Assembly: GCA_037447075.1 (NCBI GenBank)
Contig: JBBIHL010000001.1
Location: 1 to 28,117, forward strand
Source of the DNA: Candidatus Eiseniibacteriota bacterium
GTDB lineage: Bacteria > Eisenbacteria > RBG-16-71-46
Direction of reading: 5' to 3'
Length of the DNA stretch: 28,117 bases
Positions 7,334 through 17,517 of the stretch are shown here, piece after piece (within the stretch, counting starts at the first letter, position 1; every line of letters begins with the position of its first letter). The notes below the pieces were generated by a model, which saw nothing but the letters and a program-made list of their open reading frames with translations, searched no databases and was not told where the DNA came from. The position numbers and the translations under genes were made by a program.

Positions 7334-9921
7334 GGCCCCATCCCGCCCAGGAAGATCGCGTTGAACAGCATCTTGAACGTGCCCTGCGTCTGTCCACGGT
7401 GCTGCACGCGCGGTCCGAAGAGCACCAGCCGGCCCTTGCCCCGCCGGGTCTCCACCACCGCCGCGCGACCCGTCATGAGCTGCGTGCCCGCCGCCCAGCC
7501 GCTCGCCACGATCTGGTCGGGATACTGGGGGAATCGCGCCGCCACGCTGCGGTCCACCTGGGCGCCGGGGATGCTGGTGGCGAAGACGGGGCCGGTGGTG
7601 TAGTAGGCCGCGCAGCGCTCGGGCATGCCGAAGCCGATCGGCTGCGAGGGATCCACCTCCAGGTTCACGAGCGTTCCCGGGAGCGAGTAGTCCACCGGCT
7701 TCAGCTTGTCCACCACGTTCCGGACCGGCACGTTGAACTCCTCGATGGGAAGCGCGCACGAGGAGGCCAGGCAGATCAGCGTGCCCCCCTGTTCCACGAA
7801 CTCCTTCAGCGCCTCCACGCCCTCCTTGCCGATGCCGCCCTGGTAGGGCGGGGGCAGCGGCTCGAAGTACTGGGGCTGGCCTTCCTCGGGCTTGGGCCGG
7901 CCCTCCACGATGACGTTCTTGTCGTCGTCGGGCAGGATCACGACGTCGACGCGCGAGCGCAGGTTGCGCTGCTTCATTGCGGTGTTGTCGAGGCTGGCGT
8001 ACTTGAACTCGTGCCGATCCAGCACCAGGCGCGTCCACCCCTCGTCCATCGAGGCGGCCCAGGGCTTGTAGATCCCCACCCGCGGCGCGCGCAGCGGGAC
8101 GCGGTCCACGTGGGGCAGCTCGGGCAGCCGCACCAGGGTCACGCGCACGGCGCGCACCAGCTCGTCCAGCAGGGGGGCGGCGGTGATGGGCACGATGAAG
8201 GCGCCGGGCGCGAAGCGCCGGTCGCCCACCTGGAAGCCCTGCAGCGCGCGCTCGAGCCTGACCCCGCGCAGCAGCAGGTGGTTGGCCGCGCGCGCCGCCT
8301 GGTTCGAGGCGGCGTCCAGGGCGAATCCCGCCGCCCCTTCGCCCACCACGGCGCCCGCCGGCCACGGGGTCTCGGTGAGCTTCTCCAGGTAGGCGCCGAA
8401 CGCCTGGTCCACGCGCGCCCAGCTCACTCCCATCGAGAGCGGCAGCGTCCAGGCGGTGACGTCGTAGGGCCGGTAGATCTCCCGGGTGTCGGGTCCCTGG
8501 CGCACCTCGGGGTAGCGCTGGCGCTCCATCATCTCCATCAGGAACCCGCGGTAGGGCTGCGCGGCCAGGAAGACGATGCTGCCCGCCGGGAACTCCCGCC
8601 CGTCCGCGGTGCGCGCCGCGGCGCGCGCGCGGTGGGCTTCGAGCCCGCCCTCGCGCAGGATGTCCACGAGCTGCGCCGCCGCGTGCGGATCGTGCTGGCC
8701 GGGCGGGACCAGGTAGGCGTAGGGCGCCTCCTGCCTGCCACGCTCCACCGCGGCGCGCGCCATCTCCAGGGCGCCTTGCAGGATCTCGCGGCGGTAGCTC
8801 GAGCAGGTCTCCAGCAGGCTGTTCGAGGCGATCAGCTCGTAGTCCACGATGTCGCGCAGCCGCCACCAGCCGCCCGGCCAGGGGTTGGGGAAGTTCATCT
8901 GCTGCTTGTAGTCGGGCAGCCCCTTGCGCGCGCCGCCCAGCTCGTTGGGGTCCACGTAGACCGGCGTGGCGATCCGGGCCGAGGCCACCTCGGTGAGGAG
9001 CGGCACCACGTTCTTCAAGGCCGCGGTGTGGATGGTTCCGCCCGGCCAGTAGGCGTCGTAGGCGTAGGAGTCGATCACTCCCGTCTTGCCGGCCTGCTCC
9101 AGGCGCAGCGCCTGGTTCACGCCCACCAGGGCGGTCAGACGCCACTGCAGCGGGTGGACCAGGGGCGTGAGCGGGTCGGTGAACGGCGGCACAAAGATCC
9201 GCGGCGTGGTGGGGCCCATCTGGTGCTCGTCGAGGAACACCTGCGGGAACCACTCGTGGTGGAGCACCCGGTTGACCAGCCGGGTCTCCGCCAGGTTGAG
9301 CATGAACCAGTCCCGGTTGTTGTCGTGTCCCGCGTAGTGGTGGTAGAGCCACGGCAGCCGGCCGCCCTCCCACGGCGTGCCGAGGTACTTGCGGTAGTAG
9401 TCCACGATCATGTCGCAGCCGTCGGGATTGATGGAGGGCATGAGCAGGAGGATCACGTCGTCGAGCCAGCGCTTCACCTTGGGGTCATCGCTGGTGGCCA
9501 GGTCGTGCGCCCACTCCATGGCCATCTGGCTCGAGCCGATCTCGCTGGAGTGGATGTTGCACGTGACGAGCAGCACCACCCTGCCCTCGTCCACCAGCCG
9601 GCGCGCCTCCTGCTCGGAGAGCCCGCGCGGATCGGCGAGCCGCCGCGCGACGTCGCGGTAGCGTTCGGCGTCACGCAGGTTGGTCTCGCTGGAGATGGCG
9701 GCCACGATGAGCTTGCGCCCCAGCGTGGACTCGCCCAGGGACCGCACGCTCACCCGGTCCGAGGCTCTGTCCAGGGCCTCGAAGTAGCGCACGATCTGCC
9801 CGTAGTCGGCCAGCTTGCGGTCGGCGCCCACGCGGAAGCCGAGGAAGGCTTCCGGCGAAGGCGGTGCCGCCACGGCGGCGGCGGCGAGGCAGAGGCAGAG
9901 CGAGGCGAGCAGCGTCTTCAC
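7330..9921 (-). CDS. Exported M14 family zinc carboxypeptidase with C-terminal class I glutamine amidotransferase-like domain
   Basis: RBS GGAGG, GTG 9921, signal peptide; NIHSSE (HxxE), INPDG, DNNRDW, FLDEHQMG zinc and substrate motifs; 863 aa. Confidence 0.9.
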   Translation of the reverse strand: MKTLLASLCLCLAAAAVAAPPSPEAFLGFRVGADRKLADYGQIVRYFEALDRASDRVSVRSLGESTLGRKLIVAAISSETNLRDAERYRDVARRLADPRGLSEQEARRLVDEGRVVLLVTCNIHSSEIGSSQMAMEWAHDLATSDDPKVKRWLDDVILLLMPSINPDGCDMIVDYYRKYLGTPWEGGRLPWLYHHYAGHDNNRDWFMLNLAETRLVNRVLHHEWFPQVFLDEHQMGPTTPRIFVPPFTDPLTPLVHPLQWRLTALVGVNQALRLEQAGKTGVIDSYAYDAYWPGGTIHTAALKNVVPLLTEVASARIATPVYVDPNELGGARKGLPDYKQQMNFPNPWPGGWWRLRDIVDYELIASNSLLETCSSYRREILQGALEMARAAVERGRQEAPYAYLVPPGQHDPHAAAQLVDILREGGLEAHRARAAARTADGREFPAGSIVFLAAQPYRGFLMEMMERQRYPEVRQGPDTREIYRPYDVTAWTLPLSMGVSWARVDQAFGAYLEKLTETPWPAGAVVGEGAAGFALDAASNQAARAANHLLLRGVRLERALQGFQVGDRRFAPGAFIVPITAAPLLDELVRAVRVTLVRLPELPHVDRVPLRAPRVGIYKPWAASMDEGWTRLVLDRHEFKYASLDNTAMKQRNLRSRVDVVILPDDDKNVIVEGRPKPEEGQPQYFEPLPPPYQGGIGKEGVEALKEFVEQGGTLICLASSCALPIEEFNVPVRNVVDKLKPVDYSLPGTLVNLEVDPSQPIGFGMPERCAAYYTTGPVFATSIPGAQVDRSVAARFPQYPDQIVASGWAAGTQLMTGRAAVVETRRGKGRLVLFGPRVQHRGQTQGTFKMLFNAIFLGGMGP

Positions 9922-10889
9922 GGCAGGCGTCCTCCGGATTGGGGTTGGAACGGCGGCGCTCCGGCCTGCGGAGCGCTCAGCCCACGCGGGGCTCCCCCCG
10001 GGCGGTCGGCGGATCCACGCATCGCGGGCCGGCGCCTCGCGCGTACGAAAAGGAACTCCGGCACCTCGCGCCCCGCCGCCACGCGCCGCGGCGTCACGCG
10101 CATGCGCACCACCATCACGCGGTCCATCTCGATCGCGTCGCCGAGGCGGTAGGGCTGCGCCTCGGGAGCGACCGGGTCCGGCCGGTCCTCCATGGAGGTC
10201 GCCAGATCCACCCGGTAGGTGAGGCCTTCGACGCTCACCGGCTCGAACCACTCCGCCAGCTCGCGGCGCAGCCGTCTCTCGTCGTAGGGATTCGTGTGGT
10301 ACGGGTTGAGGCGGTTCTCGAGCCGGTTGAAGGCGTCGTTGGGGGTCTTGAGGACGAGCAGCCCCCCCGGTTTGAGCGCGCGCGCCGCGTGCGAGAGGAA
10401 GCCGCGGCCCTCGGGCAGGTGCTCGATCACCTCGCTGGAGAATACCACGTCGGCCGACCCGTCGGGCACCGGGAACGGCCGCGTGGCGTCGTGGACGCAG
10501 AAGCGCAGGTTCGGCGCGAGATGGCGCGCGCGCGCGGTCGCGATCGCCTCGTCCGACCGGTCGAACGCGTGCACCTCGGCGGCGCAGCGCGCGAACAGCG
10601 CGGCGCCCGCGCCCTCGTTGGTCCCCGCGTCCACCACCACGCGCCCGGCCACGTCGGGGAGCGCGAGGTGATAGGGCACCAGGTTCATGCGCAGGAAGCC
10701 GCCCGGCTGCCGGCCCAGCACGAACCGCTCGCAGGAAGCGCCCGGCTCGAGGCCGCCGAAGTCCCGATAGGGGTCCACGCGGACGTAGCGCGCCCCCAGC
10801 CCGCCCAGCACCAGCTTCAGGTTGGCGCCCGCCCGCTCGAGGAGTCGGCGCGCGTAGTGGAAGTCCCGGTATCGCACCAGCGCGACCAT
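9918..10889 (-). CDS. Class I SAM-dependent methyltransferase (start uncertain: 10889 or 10913)
   Basis: VVVDAGTNEGAG (variant motif I), HAFDRS, FPVPDGSADVVFSSEVIEHL, ALKPGGLLVLKTPN. Confidence 0.85.
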   Translation of the reverse strand: MVALVRYRDFHYARRLLERAGANLKLVLGGLGARYVRVDPYRDFGGLEPGASCERFVLGRQPGGFLRMNLVPYHLALPDVAGRVVVDAGTNEGAGAALFARCAAEVHAFDRSDEAIATARARHLAPNLRFCVHDATRPFPVPDGSADVVFSSEVIEHLPEGRGFLSHAARALKPGGLLVLKTPNDAFNRLENRLNPYHTNPYDERRLRRELAEWFEPVSVEGLTYRVDLATSMEDRPDPVAPEAQPYRLGDAIEMDRVMVVRMRVTPRRVAAGREVPEFLFVRARRRPAMRGSADRPGGAPRGLSAPQAGAPPFQPQSGGRLP

Positions 10890-10973
10890 GAAGCGTCCGG
10901 CTCGCGAGCTCACGAGTCCTCGCGTGGATGCCCGGTGATGGGCGATGGCCTGCGTGCCGCGGATGAGCGCGGC

Positions 10974-10982
10974 AGTATAGCA
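10974..10982 (-). promoter_or_regulatory. Possible extended -10 for the methyltransferase-M14-NTF2 unit
   Basis: Minus strand reads TG-c-TATACT; no clear -35. Confidence 0.4.
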
Positions 10983-10999
10983 TGCGACCTCGCTCGACA

Positions 11000-11029
11000 T
11001 TGACAGCCGCCGCCGGCAGCGCCGACACT
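11000..11029 (+). promoter_or_regulatory. Possible sigma70 promoter of the flippase (near-leaderless mRNA)
   Basis: Perfect TTGACA (11000-11005), 18-nt spacer, GACACT (11024-11029). ATG 11039 follows without a Shine-Dalgarno sequence. Confidence 0.4.
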
Positions 11030-11038
11030 GCGCGCCCT

Positions 11039-12400
11039 ATGGCGTCGGCCCGGGTCGCGTTGTGGCGGGAGCGCATCCTCCGCTTCAACCTGGGCGCCGC
11101 CACCTCCGTGATCAGCGCCGTGATGGGCGTGGCCCGCAACAAGTGGCTCGCCACGCACCTCGACACCGCCGGGCTCGGCGTGCTCGCCCAGGTGATGTCC
11201 GGCCAGATCTGGCTGGGCAACGCCACCAGCCTGGGCCTCAACGCTCCGATCGGCCAGGCGGTGGGCGCGGCCACCGCGCGCGGCGACGAGGCGGCCATCC
11301 GGCGCGTGCTGACCGCCTCGCTCGGCATGGTCGCGGTCTCGGTCCTGGGGGCGGTGGTGCTCGGCCTGGCGCTGGCCCCACTGCTCTCCACGCTGGTCCT
11401 GGGCTCGGCGGCGTACGCGGGCCTGGTGCGGGTCTCGATGATCGGCGTGGCCGGCCTGGCCGCGCAGCTGCTGCTGTGGGGCCTCTTCGCCGGCCGCTCC
11501 GACGTGCGGGCCCCGCTGACGCTGGTGGCCAGCGGCACGATCGTCGCCACCCTCCTCACGTTCGTGCTGGTCCCCGGGCTGGGCCTGTTCGGAGGCGCCT
11601 TCAGCGCGGCGATCCTGTTTCCGGTGGGGGTCGCGGGTGCCCTCCTCATCCACCGGCGCTCCTACGCGCGCTTCCTCCCGCGGCCGGGCCGTGCCGGCTT
11701 CGACGCGGGCATGGCCCGCTCGCTGCTGGGAGTGGGGGCGGTGACCTTCGCGCTGGCGCTCGCCGAACAGGGCACGCTGCTCGCCCTGCGGTCCCATTAC
11801 GTCCGCACCCACGGGGTCTCGGCCAACGGGCTCCTCCAGGCGGCGCTGGCAATGACCCAACAGGCGGGCGCCATCTTCTACACCTATCTTTCCAACTACG
11901 CCTTCGGCCGCATCAGCGGGGCCGGAGGGGCCGAAGGCGTGCGCGCCTACACCCGCCGCCACTGGGCCCCGCTCATGCTGCTCGCCGCCGTGGTCCTCGC
12001 CATCGCCATGGTGGCCGCCGCCCCGCTCCTGCGCCTGCTCTACTCGCACCGCTTCGACCCGGCCCGCGGCATGATGGCCTGGGCGCTGTTCGGCGAGTTC
12101 GCCAAGGTGGGCATGCAGGTTTGGGCGCTGGGCGCGCTGCCCCTGGGCGGCACGCGGCTGCTGTTCCCGATCGGCATCTCCTATCCGCTGGCGATGGCGG
12201 TCGCGTATCGCGCCTCCACGCTGGCGGGAGCCGGCGCGATGAGCGTGGCCTACGCCTATGCCGCGGCGGGTGTGGTGGGTCTCGCGGTGACCGCGGTGCT
12301 CATGGGGCGGCGCGGCGTGACCCTGGCGCCCCGGGACTGGGGGGTGCTGCTGGCGGGCCTGGCCGCGCTGGCGGCGCTGGCGAGCTGGGTGGCGCGCTAG
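11039..12400 (+). CDS. wzx: Polysaccharide/O-antigen flippase (Wzx, WzxE-like, MOP superfamily)
   Basis: Hydrophobic across its length with many predicted TM segments. N-terminal RNKWLATHLDTAGLGVLAQ resembles WzxE-type flippases; the neighbours are glycan genes. Confidence 0.78.
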   Translation: MASARVALWRERILRFNLGAATSVISAVMGVARNKWLATHLDTAGLGVLAQVMSGQIWLGNATSLGLNAPIGQAVGAATARGDEAAIRRVLTASLGMVAVSVLGAVVLGLALAPLLSTLVLGSAAYAGLVRVSMIGVAGLAAQLLLWGLFAGRSDVRAPLTLVASGTIVATLLTFVLVPGLGLFGGAFSAAILFPVGVAGALLIHRRSYARFLPRPGRAGFDAGMARSLLGVGAVTFALALAEQGTLLALRSHYVRTHGVSANGLLQAALAMTQQAGAIFYTYLSNYAFGRISGAGGAEGVRAYTRRHWAPLMLLAAVVLAIAMVAAAPLLRLLYSHRFDPARGMMAWALFGEFAKVGMQVWALGALPLGGTRLLFPIGISYPLAMAVAYRASTLAGAGAMSVAYAYAAAGVVGLAVTAVLMGRRGVTLAPRDWGVLLAGLAALAALASWVAR

Positions 12401-12422
12401 CGGCCACTCTGGTGTCCCCGGC

Positions 12423-13571
12423 CTACCCCGCCCTCACCACCCCTCGCCGCCGCAGCTCGGCGAACAGGTCCTGGAAGCGCCGCTGCCAGGTGTGATCCCG
12501 GCGCGCGCGCTCGTGGCCGGCGCGGCGGACGCGCTCGCGCTCGGCATCGTGGGCCAGGTAGTAGCGGCAACGCTCCACCAGCTCCTCGCGCGAGCGGAAG
12601 CAGGCGATCTCGCTGCCCACGGCGAAGTGCCGCTCCAGCTCCTCGAGCCACTCGGTGAGGTAGAAGGCGCCCGACATGGGCGCCTCGAACTCGCGCAGGC
12701 GGATCTGGCGCAGCGGCCGGAGCGTGCGGTGCGTGTCGCCCAGCACCAGGAATCCCAGGCTGATCCGGCTGCGGCTGAAGAGCGCCACGTAGTCGCGGTC
12801 CGCGACCGGTCCGTGCAGCGCCCGGGGATGGCGGGAGCGCAGGCGGGCCCAGTCACGCCGGTCGGCCACGGCGCGCAGGGGGCTGCGGCCGCGCAGCGTG
12901 GCGGAGGTCCGGCGGACGAGCGCCGCGAGCTTCGAGTCCGAGCCGGCCGCGGGCCCTTCCGGGTCCCATCCCTGCCCGAAGGCGTGCGCGTCCACACCCG
13001 CCTCGCGCAGCGCCAGCATGTGGCCGGCGCGGTCGGCGTAGCGCTGGCCGGCGAAGGTGGCGTCGTAGACCATCGGCCCATCCGTCGGCCGGTAGACCGC
13101 CGGGTTCGCGGCCATGGGGAAGTAGACCCCCTCGGCGCCGGCCGCCCGGTAGCGCCCGAGCGCCTCCCACTCGGGAACCAGGCACACGGTGAAATGGCGC
13201 GCGGTGCGCCGCACCAGGTGGAACTGGTGGATGTTGTTGCAGAAGAAGTTCGCGATCGGCGCCACCCGCTCCCGCACCTGCGCGATGGCGGCCGGCTCCA
13301 GGTGGCTGTCGCTCACGTAGGTGATGACCAGGTCGAGGGGCCTCGCGCGCTGCGCGGCCCCCACTGCGGCCAGGAAGCGTTCGCTGAAGCGCGCGCGGAC
13401 CGGCCCGGTCGAAGGCGCGCCGGGATCCAGGTCGAAGAGCGGCTGGATGCCCTCGTCCCACAGCACCACGTCGTGCCCCATCTCCACCAGCGGATCGTGG
13501 AGGTTGGCCTTCCACAGGCTGGAGGCGAACGTGGGGTTGGGGCTGCCGGGGATGGCGAGGAAGAGTCGCAC
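12423..13571 (-). CDS. CgeB-like GT-B glycosyltransferase (Glyco_trans_1_2/DUF3880)
   Basis: MAANPAVYRP, YDATFAGQRY, FSRSRISLGF, RLREFEAPMSGAFYLT, RYYLAHDAERERVRRAGHERARRDHTWQRRF. Confidence 0.88.
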   Translation of the reverse strand: MRLFLAIPGSPNPTFASSLWKANLHDPLVEMGHDVVLWDEGIQPLFDLDPGAPSTGPVRARFSERFLAAVGAAQRARPLDLVITYVSDSHLEPAAIAQVRERVAPIANFFCNNIHQFHLVRRTARHFTVCLVPEWEALGRYRAAGAEGVYFPMAANPAVYRPTDGPMVYDATFAGQRYADRAGHMLALREAGVDAHAFGQGWDPEGPAAGSDSKLAALVRRTSATLRGRSPLRAVADRRDWARLRSRHPRALHGPVADRDYVALFSRSRISLGFLVLGDTHRTLRPLRQIRLREFEAPMSGAFYLTEWLEELERHFAVGSEIACFRSREELVERCRYYLAHDAERERVRRAGHERARRDHTWQRRFQDLFAELRRRGVVRAG

Positions 13572-13582
13572 GCGCGCGTCGG

Positions 13583-14188
13583 CTACTTGATGGCCTCGGC
13601 GATCACCACCGGGTAGAAGTGCAGCGTGTTGGGCAGGTGGCGCACTTCGCGGAAGCCGGCCTCGCGCAGCAGGCGCTCGAGCCGCGCGGGGCTGAACCCG
13701 TTCCGATGGTAGGCGTAGTCGTTCTTCTGGCTGCCGTAGATCAACCGGTAGTGCCAGTCCTTCGACGGCTCGTCGGGCTGGGCCAGGAGCTGCCGCGCCG
13801 TCTCCTCGAAGTCGGGCACGTCCACGTGGGCGACGCCCCCGGGCTTGAGGATCGCGTGCCAGTGGCGCAGCACCTCGGGCGCCTTCCTCATCGGGACGTG
13901 CTCGAGCACCTGGACGGCGCGGATCTCGTCCACCGAGCCGGGCGGGTAGGGCAGGGCGTCCACGGCGGCGTAGCGATCCACCACGCAGTACTGCGGCCCC
14001 GAGGGCCCGCGCTCCAGGGTGGCCTGCGACTCCTCCTTCTTGTAGTAGCGCTCCGCGGTGGTGCGGTTGAGCTCCACCAGGTCGGGGCGCTCCGCGGCCA
14101 GGAAGGAATAGCCCGGGACCGGCACGTCGAGGTTGACGTAGCCTTCCAGGTAGACGGTGCCGCAGCCCACGTGGAGGCGGATGGCCAT
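13583..14188 (-). CDS. Class I SAM-dependent methyltransferase (Methyltransf_11-like)
   Basis: RLHVGCGTVYLEGYVNLD; LPYPPGSVDEIRAVQVLEH; HAILKPGGVAHVDVPD. Confidence 0.87.
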   Translation of the reverse strand: MAIRLHVGCGTVYLEGYVNLDVPVPGYSFLAAERPDLVELNRTTAERYYKKEESQATLERGPSGPQYCVVDRYAAVDALPYPPGSVDEIRAVQVLEHVPMRKAPEVLRHWHAILKPGGVAHVDVPDFEETARQLLAQPDEPSKDWHYRLIYGSQKNDYAYHRNGFSPARLERLLREAGFREVRHLPNTLHFYPVVIAEAIK

Positions 14189-14235
14189 GCCGTTTCCCGG
14201 GGTAGCGCCGCGCGGGCGGGGCGAGCCCGCGGCCG

Positions 14236-15864
14236 CTAGTTCCTCGCCGCTCTCGCCCCTGGCCGGGCGGGCAGGGTGCCGCCGCACAGCGCCGCGAGGC
14301 GGTCGCGGAAGGCCTTCGCCTTCTGCTTCTCTCCCGCGGCCTCGGCCGCCCATGCGGCGCCCTCGTAGCTGTTGAAGCGCGCCGGCGCCGAGCGCAGCGA
14401 GGTTTCGTACTCGGCCAGCGCCGCGGCCGGCTGCCCGAGCTCGGCCAGCAGGTCGGCGAGCTGCTCGCGCGCCGGCAGCACGGACCCCGGCGTCACCGGG
14501 TGCTTGTCGGTGCCGTCCTCGAGGTCGGCGGCCGAGCGCATGAGCGCCAGCGCCTCGTCGTCCTTCTTCTCCGCGCGCGCGAGCCAGCCCGCCGCGGCGC
14601 GCCGCTGGACCTCGACCTGGGTCGCCCAGTCGAACCCCTTCTGACCCTGGAGCGCGCCCTGGATGGCCGCGAGCTTCGCCACCGCCTGGCGCGCGGTTTC
14701 CAGGTCGCCGGCGCGAGCCCCGCCCACGGCGCGGGCGAAGTGCACGATCGCCTCCGCGTAGGGGTACTTGTCCCACGGGAACGCGGCGGGCCCCACGGCC
14801 AGCGCCGCCGCGGCCTTCCAGTCGCGGCGCTCGAGCGCGTAGCGGGCCGGGATCGCGGCCAGGGCGTAGCCGGCCGAGAAGGCGGCCGCGTCGAAGCTCG
14901 ACACCTGGGCGAGCCCCTCCACCAGCTGGCGCGCCTCGGCGTCCCGTCCGGTCTGCAGGTAGGCGTACTCCAGGTAGTCCATGGCGTGCAGGCCGTCGAA
15001 CGCCGTGGCCCCGGGATGGGTCCTGGCCACCCACTCCCGCGCGGTGCGCTCCGAGGCCAGGTTGGACTCGATGGACTCCCGCCACATCCCCAGCCGGGTG
15101 AAGATGTGCGAGGGCATGTGCAGCGCGTGCGGCGCGGAGGGCGCGATCTTGGCGTAGGCCCGTGCGGCCGGGAGGGCCAGCTCGGCGAGCTCCGGGTAGT
15201 CGAAGGAGTGGATCATGTAGTGGGCGATCCCCGGATGCTCGGGCTCGAGCGGGAGCAGGCGATTGAGGATCTTGGCCGCCTCCTTCTGCCGCGCGTAGGT
15301 CTTCTCGGGGGGCGAGTTGTAGGCCACGCCCAGGATCGCCAGGGCGTGGAAGATCGCGGCCTCGTGGTCGTCGGGGTTGCGCTCCGCCACGCCCGCCATC
15401 GCCCGCTCGTAGGCGGCGACGCGCGCCGGGTGGCCCACGCCGTCACCCTGGTAGAAGGTGCCGATCGCCCCGATGAAGTCACGCTCCCGCGCGCTCGGCG
15501 CTCCGATCGCCGCTGCCTTCTGGGCCGCCGCGCGACCGGCAGCGAACTCGCTCGCGGTGGGCGGCCCCCAGATGATGTGGAATTGGCTCATCGCGATTCC
15601 CCACTGCGCCATGGCGCACCCCGGGTCCTTCGCCGCCACCTCGGCGAAGGCCTTGGCGGCCTCCTCGTAGGCGAACGAGTGCAGCAGGGCGAGGGCGCGC
15701 GTGAAGGCCGCCTGGGTCTCGGGCGCGCACGAGGTGGGAAAGTGGACGCGGCCGAGCTTCTCCGGCGCGGCGTGAGCGTGGTCGTGCTCGTGCTGCGCCG
15801 GCGCCCGCGCCGGCGCCAGGGCGAATGCGGCTGCCAGGACCAGGGCGCAACGGGGAATCCGCAT
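14236..15864 (-). CDS. Secreted TPR-like alpha-helical conserved hypothetical protein
   Basis: RBS AAGGAGGAGG, ATG 15864; signal peptide; LGRVHFPTSC, ALLHSFAY, DPGCAMAQWGIAM, HPGIAHYMIHSFD, PHALHMPSHIF; 542 aa of helical repeats. Confidence 0.8.
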   Translation of the reverse strand: MRIPRCALVLAAAFALAPARAPAQHEHDHAHAAPEKLGRVHFPTSCAPETQAAFTRALALLHSFAYEEAAKAFAEVAAKDPGCAMAQWGIAMSQFHIIWGPPTASEFAAGRAAAQKAAAIGAPSARERDFIGAIGTFYQGDGVGHPARVAAYERAMAGVAERNPDDHEAAIFHALAILGVAYNSPPEKTYARQKEAAKILNRLLPLEPEHPGIAHYMIHSFDYPELAELALPAARAYAKIAPSAPHALHMPSHIFTRLGMWRESIESNLASERTAREWVARTHPGATAFDGLHAMDYLEYAYLQTGRDAEARQLVEGLAQVSSFDAAAFSAGYALAAIPARYALERRDWKAAAALAVGPAAFPWDKYPYAEAIVHFARAVGGARAGDLETARQAVAKLAAIQGALQGQKGFDWATQVEVQRRAAAGWLARAEKKDDEALALMRSAADLEDGTDKHPVTPGSVLPAREQLADLLAELGQPAAALAEYETSLRSAPARFNSYEGAAWAAEAAGEKQKAKAFRDRLAALCGGTLPARPGARAARN

Positions 15865-15953
15865 GGCCTCCTCCTTGGATCGGGTCGGGCCGCATTCTCC
15901 GCCCGCCTCCCGCGCCGCGCAAGGGCCGCGCGGCCGCGGGAGCGCCGCTCGGC

Positions 15954-16981
<1,028 letters not shown>

Positions 16982-16995
16982 GGAGCCGGTCCGGG

Positions 16996-17517
16996 GTGGC
17001 GGCGAGCCGAAATCCCGACCCGGCCGCCCTTGACCGGCTCGCCCTGAGCGCCACGCTGCACTGCCTGGCCGGCTGCTCGATCGGCGAGGTCCTGGGCATG
17101 GCCATCGGCACCGCCCTCTCCTGGTCGAACCTCCCCACCATCGTGCTCTCGGTGGTCCTGGCCTTCTTCGGCTACGGCATGACGCTGCGGCCCCTGCGGC
17201 GCGCGGGCGTTCCGCTGCCCTCCGCCTGGCGGCTCGCCATCGCCTCCGACACCTTGTCCATCACGGTGATGGAGATCGTGGACAACGCCTTCATGCTGGC
17301 GGTCCCCGGCGCCATGGACGCCGAGCTCGACGATCCCCTGTTCTGGGGCAGCCTGCTGGCCTCCCTGCTGGTCGCCGGAGCGGCGGCCTATCCCGTCAAC
17401 CGCTGGCTCATCGCCCGCGGCCGCGGGCACGCGCTGGTCGCGGAGCACCACGACCATGCGTCCTTGCCGCCCGGGCCGGGGCAGGGCACGGCGCCGCCCG
17501 CCCACCATCACCCATGA
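16996..17517 (+). CDS. DUF4396 membrane protein
   Basis: ATLHCLAGCSIGEVLG, DTLSITVMEIVDN, AYPVNRWLIARGRGHA; GTG at 16996 after GGGAG. Confidence 0.85.
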   Translation: MAASRNPDPAALDRLALSATLHCLAGCSIGEVLGMAIGTALSWSNLPTIVLSVVLAFFGYGMTLRPLRRAGVPLPSAWRLAIASDTLSITVMEIVDNAFMLAVPGAMDAELDDPLFWGSLLASLLVAGAAAYPVNRWLIARGRGHALVAEHHDHASLPPGPGQGTAPPAHHHP

